This document shows positions 11,781-25,182 of a stretch of DNA of 64,000 nucleotides, piece by piece. Source of the DNA: Felis catus (Eukaryota); assembly GCF_018350175.1 (NCBI RefSeq), contig NC_058369.1, positions 3,784,001 to 3,848,000 on the forward strand, written 5' to 3'. The notes beneath the pieces are model-generated. The model had not been told where the DNA came from and did not search any database. It was given only the letters and a program-made list of their open reading frames with translations. Every line of letters starts with the position of its first letter. Positions within the stretch are counted from its first letter, which is position 1. Both the position numbers and the translations under genes were made by a program.

Positions 11781-14028
11781 CCCACCCAGGCAAGTCCAAG
11801 GCAGTCTCAAGGGGACAGGCCCCCAGGTGTCACCAAGGAGCGTGGGACACCCTGCGTCAGAGGCCACACCAGGAGCTTGGGGTCGCCTGGAAAGCCAAGC
11901 ATCTGAGACGGGCCGATGACCGACTCTAGGAGGGGCGAGCAAAGAATACACGGCAGGCAGCTGCGTCGCTCGTGGACGGACGCTGTCTACAGAGTCAGAA
12001 AGACGGAAGGAAGGCTTTCCACCACGTGGCACGTGGCGGCAGGATGGCCACACCCCGGGTGACTGCTGGCAGGCAGCGTGGCCGTGCAGGCAGCGGTAGG
12101 GGAGAAACCGCTGCAAGCAGGGAAGGCGGCCCATCTGGGGATCTGGCCCGGGGGGCGCTGCGACGGCCGCACTGCGTGACTCGGAAGTGCCCGGTGGCTC
12201 CGCCCGGCTGCCACCAGTTCTCCCAACTGACGTTTTCACAAAGCAGGGCTGTCTTTGCACGCTGACCTTCAGCTCGCTTTTCCTAGTCCGCCGCAGAGGG
12301 TGGCCTTCTGCCTCTGCCCGTCTGCCTGGTGCCACCCGTCCTGGGGGTCTCCACACTAGCCGAGGCCCAGTGGTGCTTGGGGGGCTGGGGGCGCCCGGGG
12401 CTCTGAGTCCAGGATGCTCTGGGGGCCCAGGAAGGTCTAGGCTCCCTGGCACAGACAGGACCACCCCCCCCCCCCCCGGTCCGCCCTGGGAGTGGCCGGC
12501 GGCATCGGGAGCGGCCTCTGGTTCCGGGGTCGGGTGGGGGGGTGGGTAGGAGGGGAGCCGAGGAGCCGGGCAGCTGCGGGAAACCGAGGCCAGGTGAGTT
12601 GACAGTGGGAGGACACCCTCCCGCTGGCTGCTGCCTGGGGCCAGCGTGGGGGTTCGCCTGTGGGCCCCCTGCCCTGCGGCGTCCTCAGGCCTGGAGAGAA
12701 GCCCCTCCTCCGGTGGCAGCTGGGCCGTGCTGCTGTCCTGGGGCTTGGGCCCGCCTCTCCCAGAGTCGCTCCGCCCGGAGGCCCCAGGGGCTCTGTGGTG
12801 GTAGAGTGCGTTCCCCGCCCCCCCCCCCCCGGCCCCCTGGCTCCCGCGCCCCCTCCTGCCTGGATCCTTGCCCGCGTGTCCTCTCGCCCACCCCACCCCG
12901 CACCCCCCGCAGCGCCCCGTGCACGCCATGATGTGTGTGATGCCATGCCTCCGCCCATGACGCTCCCTCTCCCGGAATGCTCCCTGCTCCCCGCCTTTGG
13001 TCATCGGAGTGGCTCACGTGCGAACATCACCCGGGGCCCGTCAGCCTGGCATCGCCTGGGGCTCTCGAGCGAGGCAGCCGAGCAGTGGGAAGGACCAGGG
13101 CAGTCAGCATTAGGGGACAGTCAGGAGAGGCCCCCCCTCCCCCCGGCCGCAGGCGCGGGGCGAGGTGGCGAGGCAGCTGTCAGGAGCCCGTGTCCTGGGA
13201 CAGCGGGGCGGTGGTGGGCACCCCCTGGGTGGGAGGTGGGGGTTCTGGCATCGGGAGCCCTCAAGGCTTCCCCGGGCCCCCTCCCGGCCCCAGTCAGGTG
13301 GCCCTGCTTTGCTGGGTGACCTCTTGATCCTTGGAGGTGTGACCGCTACAGGGACCCCCCCCCCCAATAGGACCCCGTGTCCAAACCGACCTCACTGGGG
13401 CCAGACCGAGAGCCCCTGGGGGACGGGAAGCCGCAGCCATAGCCTCCCGTCGGCATTGCTGACACTGAGGGGGAAGAAAGGCTTGGAGGCGATGAGGCCT
13501 TGAGTCTGAGACCCCGTAGGGCTGGCTGTCCCCTCAACCCCTGCAGGACGCCGGTGACCCACCCGGCGCGGGCTTCTCCACGCCCCGGCCTCTGCCTCTG
13601 CTCCTGGGCCCGTCACACGCCTTGGTGTCAGCCTAAAACCCACTTCTCTCCCCTCCTTGCAAAGTCCCCAGAGCCGGACAGGGAGGCCCTGGCCTCTGAC
13701 GTGGTGGCCCACCCACCCTGGTCACGGTCTTTTTTTCCTTTATAACCGATTCTGTCTGGTTTGCACTGAGAAGCCAGAGCTAAGCCTCAGGCGACTTCTC
13801 ACTCGGGGCCGAGGGCCGCCCCCAGAGAGCTGCGTCCCCGAGCGAGGCTGGGCCCTGCCCCGGAGGCCGGCTGGGGACAGGCGAGCAGGGGCCTCCGCAG
13901 CTCGTTCGAGTGAGGGACACAGAGCAGGGGGACGGGGACGGCTGGTGCCCGAAGCCAGGCCCTTAGATGAGGCGTCCGGGGAGTCAGCACAGGTGCTAGA
14001 GAAAAACTCCCTGACGTTTACATTCTAG

Positions 14029-14130
14029 ACAAATTAGTCTGAAAGAAAACAGACACTGGAGAAAGACTGAGGAGGACAGAAAGGCCAGTCTAGAAAGGAA
14101 GAAAGAGCAGACCAGGAGGCCGGGGCCGCC
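14029..14130 (+). CDS. KDM4B: KDM4B alternative cassette exon (102 nt, 34 codons, phase 2/2)
   Basis: ctgacgtttacattctag|ACAAATTAGT...GGGCCGCC|gtaagt; in frame, no stops: (R)QISLKENRHWRKTEEDRKASLERKKEQTRRPGPP; resembles the QISVKESRPWRKAEEE...TRRPGPA segment I recall from mouse Kdm4b. Confidence 0.85.
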
Positions 14131-14515
14131 GTAAGTGCACCTGTCCCTGTGCGCAGGCATCTCCACCGCCACCCTGCCTCCGCCCCCCCTCACAGCGGCT
14201 CTGCCCCAGCCCCCGCCATCCCCCCTCCCGGTCATCAGCACCCGCTCCGCCCCATGTGGTCCCCAGGCCTGTCCCCCTCCCCCTCCCCTGCCCCTGCCCC
14301 CCACCACTCCCCCTTCCCCGGTCATCAGCACCCGCTCTGCCCCACACGGCCCCCCGGGCCTGTCCCCCCACCTGCCCCTGAGCCAGCTCTGCTGGCCCCG
14401 TGACGGCCCCTGGGATGCCGTCCGGGGCTCCATTCTGCCAGCTGGGTGGTGGGGCGGCTCAGACGGGGCTCCTCCCTGTCACTTGGCCTTCTGGCTGATG
14501 ACTGTCCCTCCCCAG

Positions 14516-14715
14516 GTCCCACCGGAAACGGAGCCAGCCCAAGAAGCCCAAGCCGGAAGACCCCAAGTCCCCAGGGGAGGGGGCCGCCGGGGCCGCCCTC
14601 CTGGAGGAGGCTGGCGGCTTGAAGGAGGAGACCTCACAGGAGGCCGACCCCGAGGAGGAAGAGGAGGAGCCCCAGCCGACGCCACCGCAGGGCCGGGAGG
14701 CCGAGGCCGCAGAAG
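14516..14715 (+). CDS. KDM4B: KDM4B coding exon (200 nt, acidic linker)
   Basis: tccctccccag|GTCCCACCGG...GCAGAAG|gtcagt; [22 protein letters not shown]...[23 protein letters not shown]. Confidence 0.96.
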
Positions 14716-17700
14716 GTCAGTTGTGGCCGAGGGTCTCCTTCCTGAGCCTCGGCTGGTGGAAAAGCCAGCATCCGCTGTGCCTGCAGAGTCCCTGCTCTGG
14801 AGGGTCCGGTCCAGTTGCCCAGTCGGCGGGAGGGGGGGGCGGGGGGTCTCACAGAAACGTACACTCGGGGGCTCTCCAGCCTCGGTTCGATTCGCGAGGG
14901 CCCGGCCTCATCACCCCGGCACCTCCGGATGCCATCCCTGGGCACCAGCCGGGGGGACACAGGCACTCGGCCCGTGACGGACGTGTTCTCTGTCCCTCAA
15001 GTCAGAGGGCAGCTTGCTGTTTGCGGCCAGACACGCGTGCGTGTGCGCAGCAGGTTTGGACCCTCGCCCGGCCGGCTGGCTTCCGACGTGAGGGTGCACC
15101 CGGGGCTGTGCTGGGGAGGGGTCCCGGAAACGCGCCCCGTACACCGTCCGAGGCCCTTTCGGCGTGGAGTGGCGGCACGTGAGCGCTTTAGAGGTCCCCC
15201 GCCCCGCTGTGGTCCGTGCTGCTGCTTTGTGGCCGTTTTCGCTCGCCCGCCGACGGCTTTCGCTGCCCACCTGTGCACCCATCGCAGGTGCTCCCCGGGT
15301 ACGAAGGAAGGGCCGGGCCGGGCTGGATGGCGGACCCCCCTGGGTGGGGGGGAGGCACACCTCGGACAGGCGGTGTCCCTCCTGGCGGCTGGCCGTTCGG
15401 CCCGTCTCGTACGCTCGCCGGGATGCCGCGTGGCTCGTGTCAGAGATGACGTGACATCCAAGGGGGCTGCCCCGGGGCGCAGCCTGGGGCCTGGACGAGG
15501 GGCCGCTTGGCAGACAGGCCACGGCAGCCCCGCGCCCCCCCCCCCCCCCCGCCGTGCGCACACAGGCTGGTGGTCAGGGCTCCGGTTGGAGAGCACCTGT
15601 GTGACTGGAGTTTGTCCGGTGAGGCCATGCTGGAGCATCTCACACATCCTGGCACAGCTTTCGAGGTTCACGGTCAGGGCGGGGGGGGGGGGGGTCTAGA
15701 CGGCCCAGAAGGGCGGGGCGGGGCGAGGACAGGCGTCCCGACTAGAGAGGAGGACGACTTCGCCGCTGTCGGCGTGGGCACGGTCGCCTGCACGGAAGCG
15801 GGTCGGCGGCTGAGCCGTAGGGCCGGCCAGGCTTCGGGTGAGCCGGAGAGAGGTGATTCTCCAGAAGACGCTGCTTGGGATGCCAGCAGCCACCTCGCGT
15901 TGGCTCCTTGGAGGAGACCTAGCGGCAAAACGAGACCTTTACCGGAGAGCTCCCCGACGCGACGACACGGGTTCCTCCAAATGCCACGCAGGCTCTCGCG
16001 GCCCCTTCAGGGTCCCCGCAGGGTTTCCGGGTGCTCCCCAAGCACAGACGGAGGGAGAGGGGCCGCCAGAGGTCAGGCTGCCCGATCGGACGGGACGGGA
16101 GCGAGGACACCCCCTCGGCCGTGCAGGTGGCAGAAGGGAAGGCCACCGCTCCTGGCCCCAGGAGCAAGTCTCAGACGTCGCTCGGGTGTCACACACTGCG
16201 TCCCGTTTAATTCAAGTTCGGAGCACACGCCGAGCCGGATGGCGCGTTGTGCACGGAGAACGTGAGCCCGCCGACGCTGCCGGGACGAAGCACCCCGGAA
16301 GCCAGAAGCCCAAGTTCGAGGTGTGGGCGGAGCCGGCTCCTTCTGAGGCTGTGAGGGAGAGTCTGTTCCGGGCCCCGCCCCGTGGCCGGTGGCCGCCGCC
16401 TTCGGGTCCTCCTGCCCTTCTCCCCGTCTCTGTCTCTGTGGGCGCGTCTCTGTCCACGCTTCCCCACCCCTTGGCGGAGACTGGTGGTGTGGGATCAGGG
16501 CCCGCCCTGACGCACCTCATCTCGCGCCATCTGCAGTGACGGTTCCAAGTCAGGCCGCGTTCTGACGTTCCGGGGCCAGCCAGGGCTAGGACCTCACAGC
16601 GGGAACACGGGAGCCGGTTTGGCCCATAACGGGAAGAAAGCAAGGCTGAAGCCAGCGGGGAAACAGAGCACCTGGCTGCCCCAAGGGGCTCCCTGCCGGT
16701 GGGCCCCCGGGGTACATGGGTATCACCAGCAGGGGGTCCTCTAGGCCCTGCACCCCCGTCACGCGTGCGCTGCAACCGAACAAACGCTCGTGACTGAGTA
16801 CCCGTCCCGTGAGAGGTGGCCGGCGGCCGGAGGCTGGGCCGTGTTGGGCAGATGAAGATTTCTCAGACGTGGGCTCTGGGGTTCGCATCTGACCCTGGGG
16901 GCCGTGGGTCTGCAGGGAGAGTGAGAGGGGAGCCAGGAATACGGCCGGTTTGGGGTTCCGCCCGAGGAGTTGGGAGACTGGGTGGGGTGTCCCTGGCGGG
17001 GCTGGCAAGGGCCGGAGCAGTCAGTGGTCTGTTCCCAGCTGGGCAGGCCGCGCTCTGCGGTCTGGGCCTGGGCAGGGGATGTGGGCCGTCCTCCCAGGGT
17101 TGCGCCCTGGGGCGGGGTGGGTTCTGGGCAGAGCACGCGGGTGGGAGGAGACGGAGGCGGGGATTCGGGGCCCCGGGCCCGCCCTCGCCCTGCCTCCGGC
17201 TGTCCCCCGTGACTCTGGCCGAGTTGCCCCCTTGGTGTGGCTGGGTCCTCACTCACCGTCAGGGCCGTCGGGGGTTGAACGAGAGACACCCTGCCAGTTG
17301 CCAGTGCGTGGGGACGAGCTGCCTGTGGAACTGGGTTTTAGCTTGAAGTGGCTTTTTGCCTGAGTGGAGATGGCTTCCCGGGTCCAGCTGGGGCTGGATG
17401 GGGGGCTCCTTGGCCGAGCAGTTCAGAGGGTCAGGAGAGACCAGGGTTCCAGTGGGGCCTCCTGGGAAGAGTCAAAGCTGCCTCCACGTCCGCTGGTCCG
17501 TCTCCTCCCTCCGGAGCAGACGCGAGGGGCCGTTGGCCTGAGGCTGGATGGGGGGCCTTGTGGGGAGACAGATGTACTCAGGCACCTGCGACTTGAGACG
17601 GTTTCCCTAATTGCTTAGCAAGGGGATAAGGACTGTCTTCTTCATTTAGTTAATTTCAACAGATCTTTGTCCTAACCTGGGGATTACGTATCCCAGCCAC

Positions 17701-20700
17701 TCCCACCGCCTGGGGTCTCACTGGCTCTCGGCTGCTCCTGCCCAGTCCCATCCCGGTGACGCCTGGGGCCTGGCCTCCCTCGGTCTTGAGATGCCAAGAG
17801 ATGCCCCGTCAAGTCCGCTTTCCCCGTGAGTCTCCGGCTCTTCCCTGGCTTTCCTGTTCCGAGACGGCTGCTGCCTAAAGCAGGGGCTCTGGGGTCCTCT
17901 GGGGGTAACTCGTGGAATCCCCAGCCCAACCGTGGGCCACGTAGAAGGGCCGTGCAGCCTCCTTCCAGCGTCTGCTGCCTCTTCCCCACTCCTTCCCTGG
18001 GACCCCATCAGCTTCCCGGGGTGCGTGGACCCCAGGAAGTTGGGGTGGTGTTTGCTCACCTCCCCCCCCCCAATTCCAGATGCACCATCCGTGCTCCCTG
18101 CCAGGGCCGGGAGGAGGGAGGATCTGGTAGGGGGTGGCCGCTTTGGAGAGGAAGCCGTCCCTCTGGGGTGCTGGATGTGGCCGCCACGGCCGAGAGCCCT
18201 GTGCCTCAGTCAGAGGCGTCCTATGAGGCGTCTCCTGAGCCCTTGGAGCAGAAAACTTTGAACGCGTTGAGTAAACAAGTGCTCACAGTCAGGGGTGATG
18301 GCAAACGCACGTCGTAGGAACGAGTGGAAGATCTTAAAGTGCTTTCCAGACTTCCTTTAATATCCAAGCTTAATGTCCCCAAGAGCCGTAAGTGCTGGGG
18401 ATCGTGCTGTTCGCCAGCAGTGGGGCATTTTGCTTTGGGTTTGCGGAGGGAGAACAGTGAACGCTGTCACTCACACACCGCGTCCACGTCCCGGGGAAGG
18501 CGGAGGGCAGGAGAGGAGGGGGCCCTGCGCACGCAGGAGCAGGGCTGGCGGGACTCCGTGTCCCGGGGAGGAAGCCTCCTCAGGGCTGGGAGGGGCCGGG
18601 ACAGGCGGTGCAGGAAGAGCCTTGCCCTGTGGGGCCTGGACCCGGGGGTCCCGAGCACGAGCGAGGTAGGAAGGCAGCCCATGTTGGCTGGGCCATCAGG
18701 GGCTCCCTCCTCCTGGAGGGTCATGGTCCTCTTGGGGGAGCTCGCCCCGCCTGTGGCTAGTTAGTATGGCCGCTGTGCCTTCTCACAGCGGGGGCAGCGC
18801 CCGTCCCACCATCGAGCTGTCCCTCCTCCCGGGTACAGCGTGCCGCGAGGGACCCCACCCCGAGGGCCAGGCTGGCTCTAGACCCCGGGGCCTGGCCTCT
18901 CAGGGCCTCACAGCCCAGGGGGTCGGGGAAGGGGCAGGGCTGGCCCACGGTCGTGGAAGCAGCAGGTGCCCGGGGTGGCCCGACCGGGTGCGATTGGCGC
19001 TAGGGCAGGACGGCAGAGGCAGCCGCGCCCGGCAGTGAGTGGAGGCCCGTTTCTGAGGGGCCGTGAGTGGCACTTGGACACGTGTCCTTCCCACAGGACA
19101 CCCGCCCCCAGCACAGTCCAGCCAGGTGTCTGTGCCACGGGTGTGCCCTGCCTCAGGTTCCACACAGGAGGAGGGTGGAGTCTGGGGACCGGACCAGCCC
19201 TCCCAGGCCTGGGGGTGGTCCCCAAAGCTGGCAGCAGCCTGGGAGCACCGCCCTGGTGGTGCCCCACCCCCCTTCCTCGGGCAGCGGGCAGCGCCGCTGA
19301 GCTCAGGGCCCCAGACCCGCCTGGAACTCGGGCGCGCTCCGCTTGGGGAACTTCGGTGCCCCAGCCGTGAGCTCCCCAACCAGGCAGGCCTTTCAGATCT
19401 GAAGGTGGGGGGTTCTTGGCTGTGACTTACCGTGGCCCGTGAGGTGCTGGGACGTCCTCAGCTTGGGGTGGTGGTGGGGGGCGGTCCCTGCCATTCTCGA
19501 GGGAGGAGGGGACAGGCTCACAGGCGGGGGAGATCCCTGGCCGGGACCCTCAGCCCCGCCCGTGTGACTGTCCCCTGCTCCGTGTCAGGGTTCCCTCAGG
19601 CCCAGGCAGGTGAGGGGCTTGATGGGGTCCCCAGGGGGAGGCCCTGCGGCGGTCCCCCCGGCAAGGACAGAGCCCTGAGCACCCACGTGTCCTTCCTGGC
19701 CACTGGCTCGTCCCCTAACGGTCCCCTGGGTGTGTCCCCCCTCGGTTTCCTAGAGCCCGCAAGATGGGAAGAGGCCCGGCGTGTTCTTCTTCGACAGTAG
19801 GGCCTCTTGCTTGACAGTAAAGAGACAGTAAGTGGGTCCCACTGTCCTCCGGCTGGGGAGAGCTCGGCTGGGGTTCCGTTTGGTAGGTTTGCGCCGTCAG
19901 GGTGGGAGTGTCGCGCTTCCTTAGAGAACAGAGCCGTTTATCAGAAAGCGCGTCTTCCACAAGGAGGACAGCCTCGTCGCCCTTTCTGTAGATCAGCAGT
20001 AGCAGCAGGGCCGCGTGCAGCCCTGACCTGCCTCGCCGCTCGCCCCTGGGGCCCTGGGTCACCCCCCCACCACGTCTCTCCCGCCAGGTGTGTCCCTGCC
20101 CCCGGCACGTCCCCTCCTCTGCGTCTCCCCACCCCTGCCACGACTTCCCCACGTCTCTCCCTGCTCGGGCCCCCCCCCCAGCCACGTGGCTTGCCCCCCA
20201 CGCCTCTCCCCCCCCCCCGACGTGTCTTCCCCACCTCGAGCCTCTTCCCTCCCACACTGTCTCTCCACCTCCTCTCCCTGCACCTCCATGTTCCCCCCCA
20301 GCCTCCACCCCAGACGCTTCTCCCACCTCCACGGGCGACCTTTCATAGCCATCCAAGCCCCGCGTCTGTGGGGGAGAAATGGTTTTGTCTGCAGAGCAGA
20401 GAACGTCTATTATGTGCTTTCCTCAGCCAGATAACTATTCATGAGGCGCAGGCAGGAGGGGGGCCTCGGGAGCAGTTGGGGCTCCTGCAGGGGGGGCGGC
20501 GGCACAGGGAGGGGGAGGAGTCCCACGGCCCTCGGCCCTCGGAGTGCTCAGGCCTCGGGCCATCCCTGCAGCCAGGGCAGGGCTGTGGCCTGCAGATGGG
20601 GAGCAGTGGGGAGGAGAGGGGAGGAGAGGGGAGGGGGCCTGGCCTGGAGCCTCCACTACTCCCAGAGGCCGTGGGGTGTTGCCGGGGGGGGGGGGGGGGC

Positions 20701-22192
20701 GAGTCGGCAGTTTGGCTCCGTCCCAGCGGTTGGGGCTGGCTGTCTGCAGGATGGGACGTCCATGCTTGCCGGCTTCCTGGGTCGGCACAGGTCAAGGGTG
20801 ACGTGAAATACCCTCCCCTTGGGAGCCTCACCTCTTTCAAGGTCACGTAGATGGGTTTCTGCGGCCAGAGGTGAAACGGGGCCCTGTTGCAAACCAGAAC
20901 GCAGGTGCTTCACCTTGGTGGCTGCTTTCTTGGAGAGGGAGGGAAGCCTGGCCCCCCGTGTATCCTTATTGTCCCCGGGCCGGTTCAGGGAGACCCAGAC
21001 CGTAGGTACCCCCGGCCTCACGAGTACCCTCAGCAGGGCGACCAGCTCCTCCCGGGTTCCCCAGGAGGCCCTCGGGCCTAGGCAGACCAGGCAGCCTCTG
21101 CCGTCACCGCTTGTGTGACATCTTGCCCCTGGGGACCTGGGACATGCAGACGAGGGCCTGAGCTCGTGTGCCCATTCTCCATTGGGGCAGGCAAGGCCCG
21201 GGGGTTCCAGGGCTCACTGTGCTGTGGGCTCCGTGCTCCAGTGGGCCACCAGGCTGGTTATGTCCTTGAGGGCAGGGGTCCCCGATGCCTCGTCCTGAGC
21301 ACGGCAGGCCTCACGGGGGTCACGACCTACAGAGTTCCCTGTGGCTTCCGTGACTGTGACCTCAGACTCACACGTACGTTCTGGCACCGGGAGGGCAGCA
21401 GCTGGCCCGGGTCGCACGGGGCCGAAACAAGGCAGAGCTGGCCCCTGCCCGGGTCTCCGGGGGAGAGTGTGTTTGTTCCTTGCCTCTCCCCGTTTCTGGA
21501 GGCACCGCATCCTCGGCTTGGGGCCCCTCCTCCATCATCAAAGCCAGCGGGCCAGGGTGTCTTTGACCCTTCTTCCGCGGGTCCCTCTGCCTCCGGCCAC
21601 AGCTGGGAAAGATCCTGGGCTTCTGAGGATCCCCGTTAGTACGCTGGGCCCATCCAAACCTTCTCCTGTCCTACGATCGTTAACTCCTCCGCAGCCTCCC
21701 GCCACGTCAGGCTCCACATTCGCAGGACGCGGGCATCTTTGGGGACTGTGATTCCACCAGACGTTTGCTCATCCATTCGGTTTTCTCTGATGTGCTGGCC
21801 CCCAGTTAAAACACCACTGAAGACACCCCTGGCCTGGCTCCCGCCCTGCCCTGCCACCTGCCGGAGATCCCCCAGCACCGGCCCTCGGGGGTGGCCCTCC
21901 AGGCCCAGCAGGCTCTCCAGTTCTGCTCAAGCGACCACTTTTCACGGTTTGGGGTTTGAGGTTTCGCTTTAAAACAAATTCCACAGGACGTATGCTTTAT
22001 GTGTAGAAATCTACAAAAGCTGGGTACTGCCTTGCGCCCGTCCCGCTCCTTGATGACATTTGGAGCAGTCCCCCCCACCCCCCCGGCTTTGCAGGAGTCC
22101 GGACCACAATGTGGCTCTTCTCTGGGGGGCTCGCAGGAGGGTGTGTGGCTGCTGGCCTCGGCACCGACCGGTCTCTTCCTCTTTCCCCGCAG

Positions 22193-22644
22193 AAGACGGA
22201 AGGGGCAAGCTGCGGCCAGCCAAGGCCAAGAGCGACAGGAAGAAAAAGAGCTATGGTCCCCTGCACCCCCACCACGCCCTCTTGCCCCAGCTGCCGCCGC
22301 CCCCACCCGCCCAGTTCCCCGCCGAGGAGGCACCCAGGCTGCCACCCCTGCTGGAGTCCCCAGCGCTGGCCCCGGGCCCCGCACCAGCCGAGGAGAACCC
22401 CCCCCCACCGCCTCTCAACGTCGTGCCCCCCGAGGCACCTGGCGAGGAGCCAGAGGTGAAGCCACGCCCCATCATCCCCATGCTGTATGTGGTGCCGCGG
22501 CCCAGCACGCTGTGTGACAAGGGCCGCGTGTCCTGCCAGCAGGCCTTTGAGCACTTTGCCCAGAGGGGCCCCACCTGGAAGGAACAGGCGGCCCCCATGG
22601 AGCTGACGGGTCCCGAGGAGGATAGCAGAGCCGGCGAGGTGCAG
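22193..22644 (+). CDS. KDM4B: KDM4B coding exon (452 nt, Pro-rich linker)
   Basis: ctttccccgcag|AAGACGGA...GAGGTGCAG|gtaggg; [22 protein letters not shown]...[15 protein letters not shown]...[19 protein letters not shown]...RAGEVQ. Confidence 0.95.
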
Positions 22645-22718
22645 GTAGGGGGGTGTCCGCGGAGGTCCCTGGGGGCTCCCACCTGCCCGGTGCTCCCACC
22701 ACGGCCCTGCTCGCCTGA

Positions 22719-23102
<384 letters not shown>

Positions 23103-25003
23103 TGAGTAGCCCCCGCTCCTCCTGCAGTGCTCCCCACAGTCCGGCCTGACCACCCCAAGGCCTTGCCGCCACCCCCGTTCGCTGTTTCCCACCTTGGGGT
23201 GCGCGCTTTGTGCCGGGGCCAGGGCCTGAAACGCACAACGTGGCCTAGGAGGGGCAGGGCGCAGGTCCTGGGGCTCCAACCACAGCCCACACTTTTAACG
23301 TTTCTATAACTCAGTCTCCCCATCTGTAAACTGAGGGCTGCCGGCCCCGTGGGGCGTTCTGCCGGGAAGGCGCACGGAGCCAGTGCCTACGGAGCGTGCC
23401 CGTGGTGCTGAGCCCGTGGTGCTGAACCCGTGGCGGGTGCTGGGAATGCCGAGGCTGGGTTACTGCTGATGTGGCACGTTTTGCCTGTGGTTTTACCCGC
23501 CGCGCACCTGCTCTCGTCAGAGCCGAGCAGGTGCTGTTCCTGGCAGAGGCTCCTTCCCCCAGGCCTGGGGGGGTTGCCCCCGCCCCTGCCCCCGCTCCCG
23601 TGGCCCCCCGTGCAGCCCCCAGGTGGGCAAGGACCGTGCCTCTCCCTCTCAGGGGCTCAGGGCTCAGGGTCTGCTCGGATGCCTGGTGCAGAGTAGGCTT
23701 CTAGAACATTTGCAGAGCAGGCCAGCAAGCGAGCACCGCGCCGGCCGCACCCCCCCCCCCCCCGCCAGTGTCTGGGGTTGAGAAATGACTCTGCCGTTAG
23801 GCGATCACAGGGCTGTGCCCATAGGAGCAGTGCCACGCCAACATCGGGGGGGAGGGGGGAGTGGGGAGGGCAGCTGTCCCCAGAGTCGCACCGTGACCTG
23901 TCCTGTGGCCAGGCCACTGTAGGGAGATTGGAACAAACCTGGGGAGCCAAGAGCCAGGGTCGAGGCCTCCGGCAGAAATCCCGCTAAGCCAGGTTTTCAT
24001 CCTCAGCGTCGGCCTTTCTTTATGTGGAATTTGTGCCCGGTCGTCTGGGCGGCTCCGTCCCTTTCCCCATCTGATCTGAGGGCCGGGGGGAGGAGGGGCT
24101 CTGGAAGCACCTGGGACGGCAGGGCCAGGGCCCCCAAGGGCAAGGGAAGCTCACAGGGGGGCCAGACGTGGCCTTACTGTTTGAAAGACTGTAGCGTCAC
24201 CTTTCCAGAAAGTGCCTCCAAGGCCTCCCCCACCAGCCCCTCTGGCGCTTTCTTGTGAGACCGTCTGGGCCTGGGCTCTTTGGAGACCGAAGGAGGCCAG
24301 CAGCTCTCATCACCGGCGGGGTGCCTGTGCCTGCTTGGGGTCTCCGTGTCCCCAGGCAGAGCAGTCTTGGCCCGTGAGTCAGGCCCAGCCCCCCCACCCC
24401 CCGCCCCCGGCCATAGGAGACCCACAGGTGCATCTTGGGGGTCTGCGCTGACCTCCTCCTCACTCTCATTGAGGCTCGAGGCCCAGGCCCAGGCCTCCAG
24501 ACTCCTGTCTGCGTTCTCTTCCCACCATGCCTTGCCGGCCCAGCTGCTGTGAGGTTTGGGGCCTGGGGAATGAGCACCCGCTTCTCGGGGAGGGCTCCTG
24601 TGGAGCATCGGGGGGCTCAGCCCTGGGTCCCCAGGAAGCGAGGCAGTGGGCCGTGGGGGGGGGGGGGTTGGGGCGTGGCTGGCTGCTAGCGAGAGCAGGC
24701 GTGACAGGTGACAGGCGAGGTGGGAGGGACGGCCGTTGGCAGCCTCCGTCTTGGTAGTGACACGGGGTCACCGGAGCGGGGGAGTGACGCCGCTCTTCCT
24801 CGGTCCCCCCCACCGCGTGCCTCTCTCGGCGCGGCTGAGCTCGGGGAGTCCGCGCCAGACCCGCCAAGGCCGCGGAAGTGGGGGCCGGTCCCCCCCGGGG
24901 CTCCCCGCAGCGAAGCGCCCGCAGGGTGGGGACGGGTTCCTCTGGGCCTCCAGCCATGCCCAGGTTTCTCTCCGTCCCCTCCCGCCCTCCTGTTTTCCTC
25001 TAG

Positions 25004-25182
25004 AAGCCTTCCCTTTCTCCGGGGAGGAGGACATGAGTGGCCCCGAGGCCTTGAGGTCTTTGCTCTCCCTGCAGTGGAAGAACAAGGCTGCCGGTTTCCA
25101 GGCCGAGAGGAAGTTCAACGCGGCGGCCGCCCTGACCGAGCCCTACTGCGCCATCTGCACTCTCTTCTACCCTTACACCCAG
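25004..25182 (+). CDS. KDM4B: KDM4B coding exon (179 nt)
   Basis: ttttcctctag|AAGCCTTC...ACCCAG|gtgagg; [60 protein letters not shown]. Confidence 0.97.
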
